Assembly (NCBI RefSeq): GCF_001194135.2
Contig: NC_069008.1
Coordinates: 18,405,390-18,469,389 of the forward strand
Reading direction: 5' to 3'
Origin: Octopus bimaculoides
Lineage: Eukaryota
DNA length: 64,000 nt
Positions within the stretch are counted from its first letter, which is position 1. Each line of letters starts with the position of its first letter. Below are positions 26,501 to 39,863 of this stretch, one piece after another. A model generated the notes under the pieces. The model was not told the origin of the DNA. It searched no databases and was given only the letters and a program-made list of their open reading frames with translations. Position numbers and translations under genes: made by a program.

Positions 26501-29500
26501 TTAGAAAGAGGGGGGGTGCATTGGAGAAAGTGGCCTCGTGCCAAGTGATGAGAGATTAAAGTGAGAGAAACAGGTGTGATGATGTAGAGGAGAAGATAGA
26601 TGGTCAGCCAGTGAGAGGGAGAGAGCAAGAGAAAGAAAGAGTGATCAAGAATGTGAAAGAGAGAGAGAGGAAGAGAAAGGAAGAAAGAGAAATGGTGGTG
26701 AAGTTGCAGGGATCAGAATATAAAAGGGATTTCATAGAATATGGTGAAGAGTGCCTGAATAAGGAGTAGGGGCTTCATATAGTAACGGATCTGAACAAAA
26801 AAGGTTAACAAAGAAAAATAATAAAAGACAAAAAGACTTGCAAAATGAATGGAATTGTGGATGTGAGGTACCTGGAGAGCTCTGCTACCGGCTCCAGTCG
26901 ATGGCTCTACATTCATACTACCAATCCAGTTGGCTCCACTGGGAGTAGTTTTCACCTGGGGGGACAGGGGGAAATACACTTCACCGGTCACTGTTTGACC
27001 GCACAACAGGAATCTAACAAAAGAGAAAACAGAGAATATACAACTGAGGGTCACCCCAGGGTATCACATTAACAAGGATAAACTGCTGAATGATGAAGGA
27101 AGAATTCTCGTTCAGATCAATCTTTCATACACACATTATAACAGACAGATTTCCTTATTGCCCACAGGGGGCTAAACATAGAGGGGAGAAACAAGGACAG
27201 ACAAAGAGATTAAGTCGATTACATCGACTCCAGTGCGTAACTGGTATTTATTTAATCGACTCCGAAAGGGGATTACAGATAGATTTTATAAGTATAAAAT
27301 ATATGTGTGTGTGTGTGTTTCAAGTGGTGTACAAATATTGTATATTAAGAAAAAGGAGGCAGTCAGAATTTTGGATAATCTAATAGATAAAAAGTAGAGA
27401 TGTGTGTGTATTTGCTTTTCACGTGAAAACGGCTTCACCACTTACTTCCATACTTGTGATGCATGAATAATTTGACCTCAGACAGATAATAGGATATTTT
27501 TTTTTTTTTTTAAATATCAAATATTGCTTTATATTTATGATTCACTTTTTTAAAAAAGGTTTCTCAATGACAACTTCTGGTATTGACATAAAAACGGCAA
27601 AGTCTCTCAGTCTTCATTTTATTGTTCACTATTTGTAAACAACTACGAAAAATTATTGAAAGAAATATTTAAAAATTCACAAATTTAAATATTTGGTACA
27701 AGATACTTTTTTAACATGCTTTTATTTATATGATTTTTTCATTCCATGTTTATCTCATTCATTGTTTGCAATATTCTATCTCTCTCTCTCTCTCACACAC
27801 ACACACTCTTTCTCTCACACACACACACTCTCTCTCTCTCTCTCTTACACACACACACTCACTCTCTCTTTCTCTCCAGGTTTCACTTTGTTCTGAACTC
27901 GCACCCTTCGTTAATTTCCGTATATATATACAGGTATGTAGATCTATTATATATCTATGCCTACTGTCAAGACATCACTGACTTCTTTCGTAGCTGTTCA
28001 CCCTTCTAAAAGTCTATCCTCTGCCCCCTTTTCCAGGCCCTTCACATCAAGTATCCCAATTATTGATATGTCCATTATCCATACTGCTGTCAACTACCCA
28101 AAAGACCTATGATCACAGATGTTCCAACCATGAGCTTCCCATTTACTACACCAAAGGCTACATCGTTCAAAGATCCCTTTTAGTTTCTAGAACAAAGTGT
28201 AATTTGAAGATTTGGTTCTTATTTCCAGCACACTGGGTGGCCCTGTAGAGGCAGTCCTTTAGGGTCCATGTGTGCATGAAGCTGTAAGGTATCTGAACTT
28301 ACTTGGTTAACTGTAAAGAGATGGAGTATGCTGCCTGACGTATGGCGTATGGTACGTCTGTTGCCATGGCTTCTGGCTGAAGGATGTGCATCACTAACGC
28401 CAGGCCACCAGCCAGCAGGAAGTCCTCACAGAAACGCTTGGCACTGTGCTGGACCCCAACCTCCTCACCTGTTGGCATCAATTTACTGCTCAGCACCTGC
28501 ACAGAAAGAGAGGAGAAAATAACATGCCGTGGCTATGTATCTATTTATTTAGATAAACAGAGATACATACATATACATGTACACACACACACAACATATA
28601 TACACACACACACACGATATATCAGGTGTTCTGAAAAACATGTATACACACATTGAATGATCATAAAGAAATTTTCAAAATTCAATAGAATCTACAGACA
28701 AAATTTGACATTTTTATGAATGCCAGATTCCAAACTGATGACCATTTCTAATCCAGACAATGTGAAGAAATGGACCCACAAACATCAAGAAACATTTCAT
28801 TTGCCATTTGTACTCCATGGCTGGCCTCAGTTTGTTCACTGTTGCTGGTTACAAAGTGTAACATTTCATCATTTAAGCATCCCCATGATAAAAAGGCCCA
28901 GTGGTGTAAGGTCTGATGAATGTNNNNNNNNNNNNNNNNNNNNNNNNNNNNNNNNNNNNNNNNNNNNNNNNNNNNNNNNNNNNNNNNNNNNNNNNNNNNN
29001 NNNNNNNNNNNNNNNNNNNNNNNNNNNNNNNNNNNNNNNNNNNNNNNNNNNNNNNNNNNNNNNNNNNNNNNNNNNNNNNNNNNNNNNNNNNNNNNNNNNN
29101 NNNNNNNNNNNNNNNNNNNNNNNNNNNNNNNNNNNNNNNNNNNNNNNNNNNNNNNNNNNNNNNNNNNNNNNNNNNNNNNNNNNNNNNNNNNNNNNNNNNN
29201 NNNNNNNNNNNNNNNNNNNNNNNNNNNNNNNNNNNNNNNNNNNNNNNNNNNNNNNNNNNNNNNNNNNNNNNNNNNNNNNNNNNNNNNNNNNNNNNNNNNN
29301 NNNNNNNNNNNNNNNNNNNNNNNNNNNNNNNNNNNNNNNNNNNNNNNNNNNNNNNNNNNNNNNNNNNNNNNNNNNNNNNNNNNNNNNNNNNNNNNNNNNN
29401 NNNNNNNNNNNNNNNNNNNNNNNNNNNNNNNNNNNNNNNNNNNNNNNNNNNNNNNNNNNNNNNNNNNNNNNNNNNNNNNNNNNNNNNNNNNNNNNNNNNN

Positions 29501-32500
29501 NAAACTTAATAAAATTTCATTGAGAGAATCGTCGTCTTCAGCCATTGAAATAGTGTTGCTGTGTAATTGTTCATTAAAACTTTTTGCCTAATTAAGAAAG
29601 TTATGAGGAAACAAAGTCAAATGGGTATGGAGGCAGAGGAATGTTTGTTTATGTTGTTGGAAATGTGTTATTATATAGTTTCTTTTTGTTGTTGTTTAAC
29701 CCTAGGTCAGCCCACACTGAACAGATCCATGATCAAGGGTGTTCCATATATCCAAACACCTCCAACTCTGTGCTTACATCCATCTTTCACTCACACCCCC
29801 ACACACTCACATCCTTGTTGATTCTACTCTCTTCTGTTTCCATGGGGATACAGGCTGCATTCGTTACTATCATTATTTATAAGATCACACAAGCAATCTG
29901 TCTTTTCACAGCACCTGATGAGAGCCAGAGCTCATGAAATAAAATATTCAGTTGTAGGGGAATGGAGTCTAAAGAAGTACCAAGCGTATCAACTCTTTCT
30001 CTCTCTTTGTCTTCAGACTTGTGTTACAACCATAAAGAATTCTGACATTTCAGGAACGCATGCTGAGAATCTTTGGTGGAAAATATCTTGCTATGGCTTA
30101 TAGCATACCCTGTGGACTACATGTCTCAGGACGGTGTAAGAGTCATATATATATTCATCCCGCCTTTCCTCCCATTTCAAACCTACCAGGGTCGACTTTA
30201 CCTTTCGTGGATTAGGGAAAGTCATTAGTGATACCGGTAACATACTAGGGGCAAGTTAATTCTGTGGCATAAAAGCCTCACTTAGAAACAGGTGAAGCCT
30301 TTATGTCTGTCAATGACATTTGAGTTTGATGTGACTTTTTAAACTTGATGAAATGATAAAGCCTTGGGCAATATACTCAACACCACCTCCCTTGCAACCT
30401 CACTTGTTTGCTTAGTTTTAAATAATGTTAAGTGGATGAGAGTTGAAGCTTCTCTTGGATGTGACACTTGTCTAACTTACTGGGGTGGATGTTATGCGAC
30501 AGTGCTTATTGCAGGGGGGGGGCGGTAGAAAATGAAAAAAAGAAGTGACTCACTCGTTGACTGATGGAATCAAAGGCGTCCGATATGGAAGGGTCAGTAG
30601 GGATCAACATCAACAGCTTCCTCACCCGACATGTGATTCTGGCCAACGGCACCACAACAGGGGACACGGAGACAGAAAGAAAGAGAGAGAGAGAAAAAAA
30701 GAGAGATACATTACATCGATATAAGAAAGGTTAAAGATGGTTTACATGTTACTGAAATATAGGAGAAGGGGAGGTAACTGTGAATGTTGGTGTTTGACAC
30801 TAGGTCAGTGTTAATCCCAAAATGTTCCAGCCATGACCATCCCATCTTTTATTCTGGCATAGTGTATCTAGGACTACATTATCTAATGTGTCCTTCCTTA
30901 CTGTTGTTGTTTAGCTCTGGGTCAGTGCTAATCCAACAAACTTATGACCAAAAATGTTCCAGCCATGACCAGCCCATCTTTCATTTAGATATAAGTGTAT
31001 CTAGGACTGCATGTATCTATTGTGTCTTCTTCTTCTTCTTCTCCTTGTTTAGCTCAGTCCTAGTTTAGGTGATAGTAGTAGTGGTGGTGGTGGTGGCAAG
31101 GGAGAAACTGCTTCAAATATCCTGGAGAAATATACAGTACAATCCAGACGTGACTAAATGGTTGAGATGAAGGGTGGAAAACCCAGGGACAGACAGACAT
31201 ATAAAGGATACATAAATACATATTGATAGGTATAAATGGGCAAACATACATACAGAGACAAACAGACAGACAGAAAAAAAAACAAAAACCAGAGAAACAT
31301 GGATAGCTGAAGCAGTGGGAAAGAAGGAAAAAGGCAAGCGAGAGAGAGAGAGGGGGGGGTAGAGTGGAGGGTAAGAGAAAGTGTGTGTGTGTGCTTACTT
31401 TGGCTCTTCCAGTTCAGCTAATTGATACAACATATCAAAAACTTGTCCACCAATCGCCATAATCACACCGGGAAGCATCTTCTCCTGAAAGCAATAACAA
31501 AAAAAATTAATGTTGACAAAGACATTGGACTGCTGAAGACTTGGTTTATGGATGAGTGGTGTCTGTTAGATTTCAAGTGATTCTGAGGAAATTGAGAAGA
31601 ATTTAGTAAAAATAACTTTATTGTAATTAAGCTGACATTTGGAACAGAAATTAATTTGGATGGAAGAATTGAAGATAATTTTAAAACAGGAAGTTTGTAC
31701 GATCGAATCAGGGAGAATTCCAGGTTGGTGTGAAAAGAGTTAATTGCTGAAGAGTGCCACATTTTCAGGACAATGACACCAGCACCACTGCTAGTACAGT
31801 GTCTCCCACTTGTGTTGGAGCTCACCTTATCATTTAACCCTGTCAACCACATTGTATCTTCTTATCCCTAACAAGACCCCCTATGAAATATTTTCAAATT
31901 TCTAATTTCCACCAACAGGAAATTGCAGAGAATGGCACGGCCAGCTGGGGCAACGATAAAACACACCTCATGCCATTTGTAAAGGAGTGAATGATAGAAA
32001 GGGCAAACAGCTGAAGGAACCAAACTGAAAATGGAACACTCGGGTGAGAATGTGGTCTACTGACCTTTTAAGGAGGTGTGAATAATAATTTCAAATAAAA
32101 AACTGATTTGGACAATTAGGACCTATCAAACCCAGTCAGGCATGGAAAATGATCGAGAAATGACAGAATTCCTTCTCTGTTCAAATATCTTCCCCCATAC
32201 AATCACTGGTATCTCCCATCAAGGTTAGCTTTCAACGGTAAAACATACAACAGTGTTCACATTAGTGATATACATATTTACACTGGTAATACAACAGTTA
32301 TATACCAGTGATGTATATATACACCTGTCGTACTCCAGTGACACCAAGTGATGTTTTGCTGAAGCCAAGTGTGTTGTGTATTATGGCCAGAAAACTAAAT
32401 TCTACATTCCCTCAGGTAAGCCAACTGGAATTGGTGAATGTTTACTCAGACAATTAGTATCCTTTCCAGTGGGGGGAAGGGGTTATCTGGCATTTGCTTT

Positions 32501-35500
32501 GCACCAATGCTAAGAGACATGTCTGAGAGGGATTGATTAAATGACAGTAATTAAAGGGTCATTAGTATTGATGAGGAAGTAACGACAATAATTAAAACTT
32601 AGTTCACATGATTTCCAATTTGTGGTTGTATATAAACAACAATAGTCGTTAATGATGGTCAACTCTATTTAATTATGTCTAATTAATATATATGCATGCA
32701 GGGCCAGCATTAAATCTAATTAGTAAAAAATACCATAACAAGGAGACTGATGGAGTTTGATGATCTCATCCCATGATTCCATTTAGCATTTTTAATAGTT
32801 GGGTAGTTTGGTGAAAGGTTATCGGGAAAAAGTAATAATAATAGAAAACAGTGAAGCTCACCTGATCCAAATCAAAATTCTGTTTAGATGATGGACTGGC
32901 ATGGGGCTGGAAGGAAACGGATTTCAAACAACAAAATTAAACACCTACATGACAGGTAAAATGCACATACATAATTTCTGCCCCCCCCCCTCTCTAAATT
33001 ACTCATGCAACAGAAATTTGAAAAGGAGTTCCTTCCTCTTCTCCAGCTTCATTTTACTTTAATCTTTTGCCAATTCTACACCTAAATGCTACCCTCCACA
33101 GACACATCGCATGCCTCTAAAGTCACTCGAGGGCCAGGTGTCTGCCACCCAACAACCCTCAACACAGAAGAACAACAAAAACAACAACAACAGCAAGAAT
33201 AATCCTTTCTCCCACATGCACAAGAGCAGAAATTGTGGGAGAGGGGACCAGCTGATGACAGTGACCCCCATGCTCAACTGGTACTTACATTATCAAGTCT
33301 AAAAGGATGAAAGGCAAAGTCGACCTCAGCAGAATTTGAACTCAGAACATAAAAACGGACAAAATGCCACTAAACATCTTGTCCAGCAATGATAACGATT
33401 CTGCCAGCTCTCCACATTAATGGTGATCATGATGATGATGATGATGACTGTTTCAAATTTTGGTACAAGGCCAGCTATTTCAAGGGGGGGGGGGTAGTTG
33501 ATTACACTGACCTCAGTATTTGACTGGTGCTTTATTTTATCAACCCCAAAGGGATGAAAAGCAAAGCTAGCCTTGGCAGGATTTGAACTCAGAACCTAAA
33601 GAGACACAACAAAAGCCACAAAGCATTTTCTTTTTTCTGATTCTGCAACAGTTCTACCAGCTCACCACCTTTATAGTTTCTAATTTAGTCACAAGGACAA
33701 GAGTTTTGAGGGGAGGGGCCTATACCAACAAGTACTATATTTTATTGAAACCACCCCCACCCCAGCCCTGGGGCCTCAAACATTGACGGCAATACAAGGA
33801 CAAAAATAAAGAGCACAACAAGTGAGATTTCCATCGAATAAGGAGAGGAACAAAAGCTGAACAAAAAGGCGGGGGAAGCATCGAGGAAAACAAAGTTTAC
33901 CTGGTCAAGTCGTAGACATTCTTGAATCTGGAAAGATTAAAGAGAGTACAGAGTGAGTACGAGGTTTACAAGTTCAAACCCCAGTGGAAGCTACTCCAAT
34001 TATTTCAAGAAATAACTTGATTAAAAGTCAATCCTACATCACAATCTTGTCACATTAGAGCAGCATTGTGGAGGGCATAGATTTCCACAAGCAAACGAGA
34101 TGTAATTTTCAGATGACAGGGAGTAATAACGAAACTGGCTGACCAAGGGCCAGTGAAATTGAGATACAAAATCTTTGACTTCTCCAATTTATAGGAACAC
34201 TGACTCCATCTCTTCCATTTCTAATTAAACTAATTATATTTTCCTTATATTAAATAAAAACACACAACATATATGACCATTATAAGTCACCTGGCCATTT
34301 TTTAGCATCTGAACTAATTAAGGTTTTAAAAGGCCACAACTATGTTGTGATGGCTTCTTTTATACTTTCATGAAAGGCAACACCTGGCCTAGTGGTTAGA
34401 GTGCCGGGTTCACAATCACAAAACCACAGGTTCATTTCTAGACCAGGGCAACATGCCATTTCCTTGAGCAAGGCTCTTCATTTCACATTGGTCCAGTCCA
34501 CTCAGCTGGAAATGTGTACCAGCCAAGTGTTGGTGCAGCTCTCTCTCATCTTCAACGATCTGCAGTATTAAGGAGATAAGGGCCAAGATGGTGTCTCTAT
34601 CTGCTTGTAACTACAAAGGCCCCTAAAAAGAAATTAGTGATCTACCCCTCCCCCAGTCAAAGTCATTTGTGAGTGACAGCTAAGCTTCATCTATAGAAAA
34701 AGTTACAAAAAAAATATTTGACTAAAAAAGCCGTTTTTATCAAAAGTTGTAAATTACAAGAGAAACAAAAGGTAAAAACGTGAAAGAAAATCAAGAACGT
34801 CTTTGTTGACCGTTTCGAAACAGTAAAATCCATCCAAATTAAACATTAACGATTGAACACCTAAACTCACTTAACGAATGACCGTTTTAACAGACACAAA
34901 CTTAATTAGATACATAAAAACCTTTGTTTTTCAGATTAACCCCTGTTCTTAACATGTGTTGTCTTTGGTTTAATTAATTATGAAAATAATGAAGAAATTA
35001 GCAAAATAATCTGGTATTTGGAACATAAATTAACAGGGAGTTTTGATGGGAGCAGGTTTTAATTAAGCACTTTTTAAAACAGCAAGTTTGTATAATATAA
35101 CCAGGAGTGGTCTCAAGGAGTTTTAAACCTTGTTGGAATCTAAAATTGAAAGATTACATAAAATATAAATTATACTGTAAAATATTGAAAAAGCTATCTC
35201 AACATTTATCCCAGAAACCTTGTATTTATAGAATAGGGGTTAAATCAAAGACCTTAATCTGAAATTGACTAACATTTTCTTCTAAGAAACAGAATTATTT
35301 CTAACAGGTCCTAATTCATAGAAGCCCTTAAATCTGATTTCATTATTTTCAGTGGAAAAAAGAAAATCATTATTTGAGAAATTGGAAAATTCTAATGCAT
35401 TTTGACTCCAGTTAACATTTAACTGGAGTCAGAGTCAATACGGTCTGACTGATTGTGACTCTAGAAACACAATATCTGTTTTAGGTGACACCTTTATAGA

Positions 35501-38500
35501 AATGGAAAAGGTGTCAGATGTGATGAAACAACCAAATTATAGGGTAATGTCAGCTGATCAGGTTTTGAAGTCATCCTATTGTGGGCCCTCATCCTTATTG
35601 CGGTGATGAGGTTAGGGTTTTGAGGGTTAGCAACTTAAAGAACAAAGAATATGTAAATATGGGGCCAGGCTTGAGGGAGATTTAGCTGCTACATTGAAAG
35701 AGTGCAGTGGTGGTGTAGAGGGTCTTTTAATGCCTTTGCAGGTTGACAGCAACAACGGTCAGGGGGAGAGGGAATAGGTTGTGTGTGATGGTTGTGCAGG
35801 AGGAGGGAGTATGCTTGTGGTGGTAGTGGGAGAAGCTGTCATGATAATGGAGGTGATGGCAGAGGTGCAGTGAGATCGCTACAGCAATAAAACCCTGCAA
35901 ATGTGCAGAATTAACAGCACCCCCACCCCACCGCCAAACCACATTCAGTAATCCAAAGGTAATAACCCACACTTACTTCTTTCACCTGGTTGTTTGATGC
36001 AGCGTTACTGGCAGAGCAGATACGCACTTGCAGAATCTGGTTGTCTTCAAAGTCTAATTGATGCAGCAGTTTCTGGTCCTTGTTACAGCTCAACTGGAAA
36101 AATCAATGGCAAAGTTCGTTAGAGAAACAAGACAGATTAACGAGGTGACAATTGAAAACTGGGAGAAGAGGGAAGCAAGCACAGAATAGCAGAAAGACTC
36201 AGGCCTGTAAATTGATTGACGAATGGTTTGTTATGTTGCTGGGTGGCTGTAGACATGACTGATGACTGGTTAACATGTTCACAGCCACAAGGTTCACAGT
36301 TCAATCTCATTACATGGCACTTGAAGCAAGTGATTTTATCAATCCCTTTAGATGGAATGTGACTTAATCTAAAGGGCCATCCTTGTCCCACTGTATTGAG
36401 TTAAGTGATTTCTACCCTAGCCCCAGACCACCGAGCAAGGGCTAAAAGCAACCCCATCAGATAGGATGGGACACAATACACCACTCAGCTTTCGATGTCA
36501 TCAGTGGGGTCCAGCAACAAACATTGACAGCAGTTCCTCAATAATTTACGGGACGAGGTGGTTTCCCCTTTGCTTATCTCTCTCTCCTGGAATCCCTATA
36601 AAAGGGATGGCTGATGCTGTGGTTCCTCATCTGACAAAACCATTAAATAAATCATGTCACATGTTATTGGTGTTAATTATTTGATTTATCAAGACGTAAA
36701 GCATCATCATCCTCATCATTTAACATCCGTTTTTCCATGCTGGCATGGGTTGGATGGTTTGACAGGAGCTGGTAAGGCTGGGAGCCACACCAGGTTCCAT
36801 TGTCTGTTTTGGCAGGGTTTGCTATGGCTGGATGCCCTTCTTAGTATGCCAACCACTTTACAGAGTGGCACTGGGTTGCTTTTTATAGAGCACCAGCACC
36901 AATGGGGTCACCAAACACTTGCAGGACAAAATTCCTTGGCTAGGAGAGGGGAGTAGTATTGAAGCAGGGGTGGCTTTGTGCAGGTTGAGAGAACTGAAAG
37001 GTATAGTGGTGACAAGGATAGGGGTCTTGTTGCAAAGTCAATACAGGGATATCCCAGTTGGAAAAGAAAAAGAAAACAAGTTAGAGAATAAGAAAAGAGA
37101 GTGAGTGAAGGAGGACTAAAGGAGGACTGGGGTGGCAACCGACTGGAGTCTCAACACAGGGATTTTTGCTTTTTTTTTTTTTGCATGATACTGGTGAGGG
37201 AGACATTATCACCATGGTGACTGGAAGATAGACACCCCCCACCCCACTTCCACACCAAACTACACAAAATGCAGAACAATTGTGCAAATTACCAAAAAAC
37301 AAAGTAACACAAACTATAAAAAAAATAAACAAGCAAAAACAGTTTACTTACAAGTTTCTCATTTGCATAAATCTGAATTTGATCAACAAACTGTCGGAGA
37401 TGGTTGGCAATCTTGATCCTCACCAACGCTAACATTTCATTACTATGGCTCTACAGATAGAAACAAGATTAATGCATGAAGATTAACGTATGAAGAATAA
37501 CGTATGAAGAATAATGTACAAAGATTAACACATGAAAACTAAAACACAGATTAATGTATGAAGATTAATGCATGGAGATTAATGCATGATGAAACTTGAG
37601 ACAGGAATACAGAGAGGAGAGAGGAAAGGCGGGAAAGAGCAGGAAGAGACTCAGGTGGGTGGGGGCAGCTAGAGACATGCAAGAAGAAATAGAGGGACAA
37701 ACATAGAGAGATATAATGGGGGACAAAAAAAAAAAAGGGCTGGCATCAATACTGACCATCAAGACAAACTCTTGCTTCTGTAATTCTGATGAGATGAACA
37801 GATTAATCTGTTGACCCTGGAATGAAGTCCCATGGGGTAGGATACTGCGCGGACTTACATGGACCTCCTCCACGTTTAGGATGTACGCCTCAGCTATCCA
37901 CAATAAACGTTCTATGTTCAGCAGCTTCACTGGTCTACAAAACACACAAACACAGGTTCAAATCACGTTACAGCCGACAGTACTAATATGCTTAGTATCA
38001 CCACCACTCCTAAAATACATGGATGTGTGTATATATGTATTTATATACATCATCGTTGTTGTTTAATGTCTGCCTTCCATGCTAGCATGGGTGGGACAGT
38101 ACCACCAGCACAAGACTTCTGTGATGGTTGTGGCAGGATTTTTACAGCTGCATGCCCTTCCTATAGTGCCAACCACTCAGCAGAGTGGACTAAGCATGCA
38201 TGTAAATACTTACAAGGCACAGATGTGGTGGTGCGGTAAGAAGCTGGCTTCTCAACTGCATGAGTTCAGTCTCACTACATGGGTAAGTGCTTTCTACTGG
38301 GCCAATCAAAGCCTTGTGAGTGGATTTGGTGGATGGAAACTGAAAGAAGCCTGCTGTATACATACATACATGTGTGTGTGTGTGTATCTTTGAGTTTGTG
38401 TTTGACCCCAACCACCACTTGACAACCGGCATCGGTGTGTTTCTGTCCTTGTAACTTAGTGGTTCAGCAAAAAAGACTGATAAAATAAGTACCAGGCTTA

Positions 38501-39783
38501 ATAAAAAAAAGTATTATGGTCAATTTGTCCAGCTAAAATTCATGGTATTGCACCAGCATGGCTATAGTCTAATGACAAGCAAGTAAAAGATGTGTGTGTG
38601 TGTGTGTGTGTGTGGTTTGTTTTGGGATTAATTTGGAATTCTTTTCTCTTTGGCAGAATCAAAGTCAATCACTGACAAAGTGACGAGACTCTTTTGTGTA
38701 ACTCAAGACAGTTCTTGGGGGTTTGTTGTTAGCTGCATTGGTTGAGGGTGTGTATGTGTGTGTGTGTGTGTGTGTTTTGATGCATTCATTCACCCAGGGA
38801 CCTCAAAAGGAGAATCCTTGAAAATTATGACAAATTTTCACTCTTTCTCTGATCGATTGTACGCAGACAATGTAAAACAATTTGCTTTGAAGAAGCCAAG
38901 TATTTAGCATGGTTTTTGAGGTTGGATGTTCGTCGTAGCACCAACCACTCCAAGAGTGCAATGGGTGCTTTTATGTGCCACAGGCACGGGTGTCAGTTGC
39001 ATGACACTAATATCTGCCACAACTGTATTACTTTTAAGCTTGAAGGTTTCAAAGTTGTGATTGCTTGTTTTTAATATGGCATTGCAAGGTAGGTGGGAGA
39101 GGCTGGATCTGGCCAGTCTGAAGATAAAACAGAATATTTGGGCTGGATATGGGTGGTTGAAATGCTAAAGGGTTATCAGCCAAGTGGAAAAAAAAAAACC
39201 AAGTTTTCTTACATACCGGAAGTAAATGGGGTCCCGGGAAGGGGGCCGCCTGGTTTCAACTGTGACTGGATTCTGGTCAGTTTTATTGGCACAGCTGAGA
39301 AAGAGACAGAAAATAGAAAATTCTTAAAGTTGAACGTTCCACACAATTCTATGAACACAAAATGTTCTGCAATATTGAGCAGACACTCATTATCTGTTAA
39401 TGAAATGTTAAAGTTGATCAATTCACATAAAAAAAGGGACAGCAACACACATTCATTGAAATATGAAGGTTGATCAACTCATCACCACCATCACTGGCTG
39501 GTTTAAGGTCCATTTTTCCATGGATCAGACAGAATTTGTTGAGGCAGACTTTCTACAGCTGGATACCCTTCCTGTCACCAACCCTCACCTGTTTCCAAGT
39601 AAGGTAATATTGCCCCTTGGCCAGACGTGTTTTCACAGAAGATTGGAAATGAATCTCCACTTTTAAGATGGAGACATTCATTTCATAAACATCATGTAGT
39701 GTCCAGACAAAAGAAGATGGACACACACACGGGTGCGTGTGCTTATGTCTCTGTGTGTGTGTGCATATACACACGCATACATA

Positions 39784-39863
<80 letters not shown>

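Noticed and set aside
27446-27476. 31-nt pseudo-exon with a strong GTAAGT donor
   Set aside because: Weak GAG acceptor with no pyrimidine tract, and frame-shifting.
29915-29940. Hammerhead ribozyme-like core CTGATGA-GAGC-CAGA-GCTC-ATGAAA
   Set aside because: Two extra bases before GAAA, and no compatible stem I, stem III or NUH site could be built. At most a decayed relic; an Infernal search with hammerhead models would settle it.
32268-32318. Imperfect hairpin (ATATACAT..CACTGGTA..TACCAGTG.ATGTATAT) as a pre-miRNA
   Set aside because: Short interrupted stems in AT-rich low-complexity sequence; not distinguishable from chance or a MITE relic.
34385-34445. tRNA genes at SINE heads (also near 45700 and 48905)
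   Set aside because: Only A/B-box-like motifs; no complete cloverleaf or acceptor stem, and they continue into SINE bodies.
34871-34900. 30-nt possible poison exon (GTGAGT donor, ends in TAA)
   Set aside because: AAG acceptor without a polypyrimidine tract; no supporting evidence.
36490-36504. Minus-strand minimal hammerhead-like CTGATGACATCGAAAG
   Set aside because: No stem II pairing, and the position matching the cleavage triplet is not NUH.
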